DNA of 64,000 nt from a virus (taxonomy: Duplodnaviria > Caudoviricetes), in IMG/VR virus record IMGVR_UViG_2775507207_000001, positions 1 through 64,000 of that record; one strand, 5' to 3'. The position numbers were made by a program, and so were the translations under genes. Shown piece after piece: positions 56,933 to 64,000 of the stretch (within the stretch, counting starts at the first letter, position 1; every line of letters starts with the position of its first letter). The notes under the pieces were generated by a model. It saw nothing but the letters and a program-made list of their open reading frames with translations. It had not been told where the DNA came from and ran no database searches.

Positions 56933-57130
56933 ATGCCTATGAATGACGAAGAATTGGCCGCGATCAACCGTTTGATCGCCGCCCTGCAAACCCAGACCGA
57001 TGGCCAGGTGGCGCTCAATGCCGCCATTCGGCTGTTGGCCCAGAGCAACCAGGCGTTGGTCGACGTGATCAAGAGCCGAGAACCGGACCCGAATGCACCG
57101 CCTTACCTGGACGGCAAACCGGCGCCCTGA
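56933..57130 (+). CDS. Small hypothetical protein between R and F modules
   Basis: 65-aa helical ORF ending YLDGKP. Confidence 0.55.
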   Translation: MPMNDEELAAINRLIAALQTQTDGQVALNAAIRLLAQSNQALVDVIKSREPDPNAPPYLDGKPAP

Positions 57131-57222
57131 TCCCGTCTCGACCTGCCTTGTACGCAGCACCATAGCCGTTGCACCCCACAACCCGCCTTCGCGGGTTTTT
57201 TATTGTTCATGGAGAACACTCG

Positions 57223-57714
57223 ATGTCGATTCTTACCCAAGGTACCCAGATTTTCGCCCTCGTTCCGCCGGTCTCCGGCACCGGGCCCTATACCGTGCTG
57301 GAAGTCGAGCACGCCACTTCGTTCGAACCGGGCGGCGCGCCGGCCGAGCAGATTGAAGACACCAGCCTCAATGCCGAAGAGCGCAGCTACAAGAAAGGTT
57401 TGCGCACCCCTGGCACAGCGAGCCTGGGCCTGAACGCCGACCCCACCAATGCCAGCCACATCCGCCTGCACCAGCTGTCGGAAGCCAAGGGCGATACCGG
57501 CGTGAAGTGGGCCGTGGGCTGGTCCGACGGCAAGGATGTACTGCCGACCGTCAACGCTAAAGGCGATGGCTTTGAACTGCCGGCGACGCGCACCTGGTTC
57601 ACCTTCGACGGCTACGTGTCGGACTTCCCGTTCAACTTCGCACTGAACGCGGTCGTGACCACCACCGTCACCATCCAACGTACCGGCGCCAGCGCCTGGA
57701 TCAAGAAAGCCTGA
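57223..57714 (+). CDS. F-type major tail tube protein
   Basis: [21 protein letters not shown]. Confidence 0.85.
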   Translation: MSILTQGTQIFALVPPVSGTGPYTVLEVEHATSFEPGGAPAEQIEDTSLNAEERSYKKGLRTPGTASLGLNADPTNASHIRLHQLSEAKGDTGVKWAVGWSDGKDVLPTVNAKGDGFELPATRTWFTFDGYVSDFPFNFALNAVVTTTVTIQRTGASAWIKKA

Positions 57715-57722
57715 GAGACGCC

Positions 57723-58073
57723 ATGAACCTCAAACAACTGAAAGCCAAGGGCGGCATCGTCGATGGCCAACTGGTGAAGAAGGAAATCAGCTGGACGCAC
57801 CTGGACAGCAAAACTGGCAAGGAAGTGACTGACACGTTCACGTTGCACATTCGCCGCCAGTCCTTCGGCGTGATCGAGCGTCTGTTCAGTCAGGGCGAAT
57901 CGGCACAGAGCCGTAACGCCAGCTACCTCGCCGCCTCAGTGTCGTTGGGTGCCGAGGGTGATGAAGCCCTGAGTTATGACGATGCCTTCGGCCTTGAGCC
58001 GTCATTGGGGTTTGTGATGCTCAATGCAGTCAATGAGGTCAATGGCACCCAGGGTGGCGGCGCAAAGAACTGA
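57723..58073 (+). CDS. F-type tail assembly chaperone (gpG-like)
   Basis: Position between tube and TMP; ends GCA AAG AAC TGA with an open -1 frame. Confidence 0.8.
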   Translation: MNLKQLKAKGGIVDGQLVKKEISWTHLDSKTGKEVTDTFTLHIRRQSFGVIERLFSQGESAQSRNASYLAASVSLGAEGDEALSYDDAFGLEPSLGFVMLNAVNEVNGTQGGGAKN

Positions 58074-58357
58074 CGGTCGCCGATGAGTTCTGGCACGAAC
58101 TGGTGCTGAACGGAGTCGGCGGCCGCACGATCGCCGAAGCCAAGGAACGCATGACATACCACGAAGCCCTGGCCTGGGGACGCTATATCGACCGATATGG
58201 CTCCCTGCACGCCGGTAGGCGGCTGGAGGCGGGCAGCGCGTTGGTGGCGCTGCAGACCCACCGGCTGGGCGGCGGCACGGCCGAGATGATTGACTTCATG
58301 CCCCACGAGCTGCGCCGGGGTGTGTCGCTCGAACGTGCGATGAACGAGTGGCGTTAA
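58064..58357 (+). CDS. gpT-like frameshift extension
   Basis: -1 frame KELTVADEFWHELVLNGVGGRTIAEAKERM...DFMPHE. Confidence 0.7.
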   Translation, partial: KELTVADEFWHELVLNGVGGRTIAEAKERMTYHEALAWGRYIDRYGSLHAGRRLEAGSALVALQTHRLGGGTAEMIDFMPHELRRGVSLERAMNEWR

Positions 58358-58419
58358 GGACGACGCGACTTTCCTTGAAACCCGTTTCGACGGGTTTTAT
58401 CCATGACCCGGAGAAACCT

Positions 58420-59580
58420 ATGGCAACTGCTTCCCAGGGTAATCTGACGCTCAACCTCGGCAGCCTGGAGCAGGCCCTGGCGAAGGCGTCACGGATTACC
58501 GAAAACAGCATGCGCGAGATGCAGCAGAAGATCGAGGACGCCAGCAAAAAGGTCAGCGCCTCTGCCGCAGCGGCGCTACAGGTCACGTCCGGCCAGTTCA
58601 AGGGCTTTCAACGGGCCTATGACCCGGCCACGGATGCGGCGGAAAAATTTATCCAGAAAAATGCGCAACTGGTGCAAGTGCTCAAGCAGAGCCAGGGGGC
58701 GCAGAATGATTTTGTTGGCGCGTTGGATGCGCAGTCCAGTTATACCGAGCGGGTCGGGCTGAAGTTTCCAACGGGTGGGCCGTATGGGGATGCTGCCTCA
58801 TCGGATCAGGAGGGGATGGCACTTCTGAGTCAAGAAAAAACCGGGCAGATTAAAAGTAATTTCGCCGATATGTCCCAGTTGCTTAATGACTGGCGCAATG
58901 GTGCCAATGCCGCGTTCGAAGAGTATTCAAACAACGCAGGTACGGCAGCCGAGCAATCGAAGGCAGTGTTCGCCAGTGCTTTTGAAAAGATGGATGCTGC
59001 GGTCCTTACATTTGCGACTACGGGTAAGTTCAACTTCTCTGATTTTGCCACCTCTGTGCTCAAAGACATGGCAGCGATGGCTGCAAAAACTGCGGCCTCT
59101 AGTGCTCTGAAGTCGTTGTTCAGTTTGGCCGGCTCGGCTATCACCAGTTGGTTGCGTCCTTCTGTTCCCGCAGGTTCTGTGCTGGGGCCAAGCGGGTATC
59201 AAAATGAACTCAATGTCTCCGGCATCAAGTATGCCAATGGAGGGGTATTTACCAACTCCATTGCAACCGGCCCCACCCTGGCCCCCATGGCCCTTTTCGG
59301 CGAAGCCGGCCCCGAAGCCATCATGCCTCTGAGCCGTGGTTCCGACGGCTCCCTGGGCGTGCGCGCATTGGGCGGCGGTCAATCAGGCAACACCAGCAGC
59401 AACCAGGTGGTGATCCAGCAAACCATCAACGTTGCCGACGGCCAAGGCTCAGGCACCGACACCAACGCCCAGAACGTCGCCCGCGCCTATGCCGGTTCCG
59501 CCCGCCAGGGCGCTGCCGAACAGATCGCCCGCGACCTCAAGCCGGGCGGGCAAATCTGGTCGGCCATCAACGGCCGCTGA
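58420..59580 (+). CDS. F-type tape measure protein (short, 386 aa)
   Basis: Lambda-H-like C-terminus: TGKFNFSDFA, YANGGVF, GEAGPEAIMPL. Confidence 0.85.
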   Translation: MATASQGNLTLNLGSLEQALAKASRITENSMREMQQKIEDASKKVSASAAAALQVTSGQFKGFQRAYDPATDAAEKFIQKNAQLVQVLKQSQGAQNDFVGALDAQSSYTERVGLKFPTGGPYGDAASSDQEGMALLSQEKTGQIKSNFADMSQLLNDWRNGANAAFEEYSNNAGTAAEQSKAVFASAFEKMDAAVLTFATTGKFNFSDFATSVLKDMAAMAAKTAASSALKSLFSLAGSAITSWLRPSVPAGSVLGPSGYQNELNVSGIKYANGGVFTNSIATGPTLAPMALFGEAGPEAIMPLSRGSDGSLGVRALGGGQSGNTSSNQVVIQQTINVADGQGSGTDTNAQNVARAYAGSARQGAAEQIARDLKPGGQIWSAINGR

Positions 59581-59608
59581 TCATCAACGGCTTACGCCTG
59601 GAGAAAAC

Positions 59609-59947
59609 ATGAGCACAGAAACTTTCACATGGGTGCCCAAGGTGGAGCCCGTCGGCAGCGTCGAATTTCGCCTGAAGACGGCCAAGTTCGGCGACGGCTA
59701 CCAGCAAACGGCCGCGGATGGGATCAACAACAAAACTCAGTCCTGGCCACTGACGTTCGTGGGTGACGAAGCGCGCATCAAAGCGATCGTTGCTTTCCTT
59801 GATCGCCATGCTGGCGCCAAAGCGTTCAGTTGGACCGCACCACTGGCAGAGCCTGCGTTGTATCGCTGCAAGGGTTACCAGCCAACGCCCATGGGCGCCG
59901 GGCTCTACTCCCTGACGGCGACGTTCGAGCAAGCCTTCCACCCCTAG
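59609..59947 (+). CDS. Minor tail protein M
   Basis: FGDGYQQ...DGIN, ATFEQ. Confidence 0.9.
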   Translation: MSTETFTWVPKVEPVGSVEFRLKTAKFGDGYQQTAADGINNKTQSWPLTFVGDEARIKAIVAFLDRHAGAKAFSWTAPLAEPALYRCKGYQPTPMGAGLYSLTATFEQAFHP

Positions 59948-59998
59948 CGCCGCCTCCACCCCGCCGTAGTGCGGGGTTTTCTTTGCCCGGAGAATCAT

Positions 59999-60682
59999 AT
60001 GTCCATCACCGCAGATATCCAGACCCTGGAGCCCGGGGCCTGGGTGGAGCTTTTCGAGCTCGATGCCACTCCCCTGGGCGCCGAGCTGTACCGGTTTCAC
60101 GGTTACCCCCAGGAATCATCGATCTTCTGGCAGGGCCACGAATATTCACCCTGGCCGATCCAGGCCGAAGGCTTTGAAATGTCGGGGCAGGGTACCCAAC
60201 CGACGCCGACGCTGGCCGTAGGTAACGTCGGCGGTTTCATCACGGCGCTGGTGCTGTATTTCGAAGATCTGGTAGGCGCGCGGCTGATCCGCCATCGCAC
60301 CTTGGGCAAGTACCTCGACGGCCAACCCGAAGCCGACCCTGAAGAGGAACTGCCGCCGGACATCTGGTACGTCGAGCGCAAAGTCGCGGAAAGCAGCGAG
60401 ACGGTGAAGTTTGAACTGGCCAGTGCGCTGGACTTCAACGGCGTGCAACTGCCACGTCGACAGATCGTCGCCAACGTGTGTTGGTGGCTCAGTTGCGGCG
60501 GTTACCGCGGCCCTTATTGCGGCTACAACGGCGGGCCGGTGGCGGATGCCAATGACGTGATCGTCACCGACGCTGCCAAGGATAAATGCGGTGGGCGGCT
60601 GACTAGCTGCAAGCTGCGTTTCGGCGAGAACAACCCACTGCCCTACGGTTCATTTCCAGCGGCGGGCCTGTTGCGGAGTTGA
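59999..60682 (+). CDS. Minor tail protein L
   Basis: LFELD, FELAS, C-terminal Cys cluster ending CKLRF. Confidence 0.92.
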   Translation: MSITADIQTLEPGAWVELFELDATPLGAELYRFHGYPQESSIFWQGHEYSPWPIQAEGFEMSGQGTQPTPTLAVGNVGGFITALVLYFEDLVGARLIRHRTLGKYLDGQPEADPEEELPPDIWYVERKVAESSETVKFELASALDFNGVQLPRRQIVANVCWWLSCGGYRGPYCGYNGGPVADANDVIVTDAAKDKCGGRLTSCKLRFGENNPLPYGSFPAAGLLRS

Positions 60683-60684
60683 GC

Positions 60685-61458
60685 ATGAACAAGACCAACC
60701 TGGCGGCGATTGCCCGGCACGCCGTGGCCGCGTATCCCCATGAGTGTTGCGGCTTGCTGATTCGTGAAGGGCGCAAGCGTGTGTATGTGCCTTGTCGAAA
60801 TACGGCGAGCACACCCAGCGAACACTTTCGGCTGGCGCCCGAGGACTATGCCGCCGCGGAAGAACGCGGCGAAATCCTCGCTGTAGTGCACAGCCATCCG
60901 GATTGCCCGGCGACACCCAGTGAAGCAGACCGCGTGGCGTGCGAAGCCTCCGGGTTGCCTTGGCACATCGTTGAAGTACGCACCGACGACGACGGGCAGG
61001 TGCGCACCGGTGAATGGGCCAGTTGCACGCCAAACGGCTACCAGGCGCCCCTGATCGGTCGCGCCTTCGCCCACGGCGTGCATGACTGCCTGAGCATTAT
61101 CCTTGACTACTACCGCCGCGAGCTGGGCATCGAGCTGGGTGACTATCAGCGTGAAGACGGTTGGTGGGACAAGGGCGGCAACCTCTACCTGGACAACCTG
61201 CCGGCCGCTGGCTTCGTGCAGGTCAGCCAACTGCAACAGGGCGATATCGTACTGATGCAGATCCGCTCGCCAGTGCCCAACCATGCTGCGATCTACCTGG
61301 CCGACGGCGTGCTGCAAAGCGAACCCGAACATTACCCGGCGCCAGGTTCGATCCTGCACCACCTGTATGGTCGCGACAGCAAGCGCGACACCTACGGCGG
61401 CTACTGGGGTGAGGTGACAGTGAGCTATTGGCGACACGGCCTGCGGGCCAAACATTAA
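60685..61458 (+). CDS. Tail assembly protein K (JAB plus NlpC/P60)
   Basis: ECCG, HSHP...SEAD, DCL, NHAAIY, LHH. Confidence 0.92.
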   Translation: MNKTNLAAIARHAVAAYPHECCGLLIREGRKRVYVPCRNTASTPSEHFRLAPEDYAAAEERGEILAVVHSHPDCPATPSEADRVACEASGLPWHIVEVRTDDDGQVRTGEWASCTPNGYQAPLIGRAFAHGVHDCLSIILDYYRRELGIELGDYQREDGWWDKGGNLYLDNLPAAGFVQVSQLQQGDIVLMQIRSPVPNHAAIYLADGVLQSEPEHYPAPGSILHHLYGRDSKRDTYGGYWGEVTVSYWRHGLRAKH

Positions 61459-61491
61459 CCACATCGGCGGATCATTCGCCAGGAGGATGCC

Positions 61492-62121
61492 ATGCATCAT
61501 GAAAAAGTCAGGACGGTGCGCCTCTACGGCAGCCTCGGCGCGAGCTTCGGGCGCGTGCATCGACTGGCGGTGAGCAACGCCTCGGAAGCGATCCATGCGC
61601 TGTGCATTCTGGTGCCGGGGTTCGAGCGCTTCCTGATGGAATCCAAGGACCGGGGCGTGACGTATTCGATTTTCCTGGGCCGCGACAACATTGGCCAGGA
61701 TCGCCTCAAGGCACCTCCAGGCGCTGCGGATATCCGTATCGCACCGGTACTGGTGGGCAGTAAGCGCGCAGGGTCGATGCAAACCATTATTGGCGTTGCG
61801 CTGATTGTGGCGGCGTCGTACTTCTCTGGCGGTCTGGCCTCGGGGAGTTCCTCTGCCTTGATCGGTGCTTCATCCACCACTGGCTGGACCTTTGCCGCGA
61901 GCATGGGGATTTCCATGGCCATGGGGGGCGTCGCGCAGTTGATGTCGCCGATGGCCAAGGGCCTGGGCACCATGGACCGTCCGGAAAACCGTGCGAGTTA
62001 CAGCTTCAATGGGCCGGTCAATACCAGTATTCAAGGCAGCCCGGTGGGTCTGCTTTATGGTCAGTTGACGGTAGGCAGCGCGGTAATCAGCGCGGGCATT
62101 TATGCACAGGACCAACTATGA
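61492..62121 (+). CDS. Tail assembly protein I (copy 1)
   Basis: VRLYGSLG...SYSFNGPVNT...LLYG...SAG. Confidence 0.9.
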   Translation: MHHEKVRTVRLYGSLGASFGRVHRLAVSNASEAIHALCILVPGFERFLMESKDRGVTYSIFLGRDNIGQDRLKAPPGAADIRIAPVLVGSKRAGSMQTIIGVALIVAASYFSGGLASGSSSALIGASSTTGWTFAASMGISMAMGGVAQLMSPMAKGLGTMDRPENRASYSFNGPVNTSIQGSPVGLLYGQLTVGSAVISAGIYAQDQL

Positions 62122-62777
62122 GGAAGATTGCGGTGACTCCCAATTCCCAAACGTGTGTGCCAGCCATACAACAAACTGCTGCCGAAAAGGTGCGCACGGT
62201 TCGCCTGTATGGCGTGCTGGGTGCGCGCTTTGGCAGAGTGCATCGATTGGCGGTCAGTAGCGTTTCAGAGGCCATCCGAGCCCTGAGCATCCTCCTGCCT
62301 GGCTTTGAACGTTTCCTGATGGAATCCAAAGACAATGGGCTGACGTATTCGGTGTTCATGGGCAAGCAGAACATTCCCCAGGAGCGCCTCGGTGCCCCTG
62401 TCGGCAATGACGACATCCGCCTGGCGCCGGTGCTGATCGGCAGCAAACGCGCAGGCGCCCTGCAGACTATTGTCGGTGCGGTGCTGATCGTCGTTGGCGC
62501 GATTATCACGGGCGGCACCTTTGGTGCCGGCGCACCGTTTGGTTCGAGCCTGATCATGATGGGCGCCTCCATGGTAATGGGGGGCGTGATGCAAATGCTG
62601 TCGCCTGTACCCAAGGGCCTGGCGGCGCAAGATGGCCCCAACAACCGCGCCAGCTACAGCTTCAACGGACCGGTCAACACCAGTGCCCAGGGCAACCCGG
62701 TGGGCCTGCTTTACGGCCAACTGATCGTCGGCAGCTCAGTAATCAGCGCCGGGATCTACACCCAGGATCAACTCTAA
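62118..62777 (+). CDS. Tail assembly protein I (copy 2)
   Basis: Paralogue of the preceding gene with the same motifs. Confidence 0.9.
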   Translation: MRKIAVTPNSQTCVPAIQQTAAEKVRTVRLYGVLGARFGRVHRLAVSSVSEAIRALSILLPGFERFLMESKDNGLTYSVFMGKQNIPQERLGAPVGNDDIRLAPVLIGSKRAGALQTIVGAVLIVVGAIITGGTFGAGAPFGSSLIMMGASMVMGGVMQMLSPVPKGLAAQDGPNNRASYSFNGPVNTSAQGNPVGLLYGQLIVGSSVISAGIYTQDQL

Positions 62778-62836
62778 CGTTCCTGCTCTTCAACCTGCCC
62801 GCCGAGTGCGGGCTTTATTTCGCCTGAAGGAAAGCC

Positions 62837-64000
62837 ATGACTGACCTCACTCTCGCTGGCAGCAAAGGCGGCGCGTCCAAGCCCCGTCCCTCCGTGGAGG
62901 CGCCAGACAGCCTGCAAAGTACGGCCTATGCCCGTATCCTCGATCTCGTCAGCGAAGGCGAGATTGTCGGTTTGAAAAACGATAAGCGCTCGGTGTTTCT
63001 TGACGAGACCCCGCTGGCCAACGCCGATGGCAGCCTCAACTTCAGTGGCGTGACCCTCGACACCCGCAATGGCAGCCAGGACCAGTCACACATACCTGGC
63101 TTCCCGGCGGTGGAAAACGAAAGCCCGGTGTCCGTCGAGCTGCGCAGTGATCAGCCCTGGACCAAGTCCTATTCCAACCTGCAACTGTCGGCGGTACGGG
63201 TTCGCCTGGCCGTGACGCGGCTGTCGCAGACCAACACCAGCAACGGCGACACCAACGGTTATACCGTGCAGTACGCCATTGACCTGTCCACCGACGGCGG
63301 CGCATTTACAGAGGTGCTGGCCGCCGCGTTCAGTGGCAAAACTACCACCAAGTACGAACGTTCCCACCGTGTCGACTTGCCACCTGCGAAAGTCGGCTGG
63401 ACCTTGCGCGTGCGCCGTATCACGCCGAACTCCACCAGTGGCGCGATTGCCGATACCACCACCGTAGAATCGTCCACCGAGGTGATTGACGCCAAGCTGC
63501 GCTACCCGGGCTCGGCGCTGATCGGCCTGCAATTCGATGCCGCGCAATTTCAGTCGATCCCCTCGCGCTCCTTCGAACTGCGCGGGCGCATCATCAAGGT
63601 GCCAAATAACTACGACCCGCAAACCCGCACCTACAGCGGTGTATGGGACGGTACGTTCAAATCGGCCTGGACCGACAACCCGGCGTGGATCTACTACGAC
63701 CTGCTATTGCACCAACGCTATGGCCTGGGCCACCTGCTCAACGCCGGTCAAGTGGATAAGTGGGAGCTTTACCGCATCGGCCAGTACTGCGACCAGCCGG
63801 TGTCCGACGGCAAGGGCGGCACCGAACCGCGCTTCACCTGCAACCTGTACCTGTCGGTGCGTGCCGATGCACTGAAGGTGCTGCAAGACTTGGCGACTAC
63901 CTTCCGGGGCATGGCCTATTGGGGCGCGGGTTCCGTGATGGCGGTGGCGGATATGCCGGAAGACCCGGTGTACACCTACTCCAACGCCAACGTGATCGGC
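62837..64000 (+). CDS. Tail tip / host specificity protein J (continues beyond window)
   Basis: GSKGG...EAPDSL...DLVSEGEI.GL, WTDNPAW, EPRFTCN. Confidence 0.92.
   Translation, partial: MTDLTLAGSKGGASKPRPSVEAPDSLQSTAYARILDLVSEGEIVGLKNDKRSVFLDETPLANADGSLNFSGVTLDTRNGSQDQSHIPGFPAVENESPVSVELRSDQPWTKSYSNLQLSAVRVRLAVTRLSQTNTSNGDTNGYTVQYAIDLSTDGGAFTEVLAAAFSGKTTTKYERSHRVDLPPAKVGWTLRVRRITPNSTSGAIADTTTVESSTEVIDAKLRYPGSALIGLQFDAAQFQSIPSRSFELRGRIIKVPNNYDPQTRTYSGVWDGTFKSAWTDNPAWIYYDLLLHQRYGLGHLLNAGQVDKWELYRIGQYCDQPVSDGKGGTEPRFTCNLYLSVRADALKVLQDLATTFRGMAYWGAGSVMAVADMPEDPVYTYSNANVIG

Larger units (their letters stand above)
44175..64000 (+). mobile_element. Tailocin locus (domesticated phage tails): R-type plus F-type modules, no capsid or terminase
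   Basis: prtR, holin, baseplate/sheath/tube/TMP, then lambda-like tube, chaperone, TMP, M, L, K, I, I, J. Confidence 0.9.

Overview
A 64-kb window from a Pseudomonas genome, most likely the P. fluorescens group. (1) About 1-41165 is most of a temperate prophage; its integrase should lie just left of the window. It has xis, a leftward early operon, CI/Cro with five TCAAC-N5-GTTGA operators, a Toprim/VapE primase-helicase with an iteron origin, a lambda-like head, a P2-like contractile tail and a lysis cassette. Its cargo includes C5 and N6 DNA methyltransferases, SRAP, rulAB/umuDC, a KAP NTPase, two antisense membrane morons and a STAS-GHKL/STAS pair. Its right junction falls inside the first codons of mutS (MSKNTSDLSSHTP, then IV-stop), so the phage is integrated in the 5' end of mutS. 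(2) About 41200-44100 is a short accessory interval with a REPIN-like element, a C4-type antisense RNA plus DUF3077-like gene, an orphan gene and a Panacea/2-TM pair. (3) 44175-64000 is a tailocin locus: prtR, a GGA-hairpin-rich ~350-nt leader, holin, an R-type contractile module, then an F-type lambda-like module running off the window. The best novelty candidates are the mutS-splitting prophage with an SOS-mutagenesis kit, the Rsm-sponge-like tailocin leader RNA, CCACCAC-loop hairpins at nut-like positions, and the LexA-boxed GHKL/STAS module beside a perfect 24-bp hairpin. All family calls come from manual motif and synteny recognition; no database searches were run.
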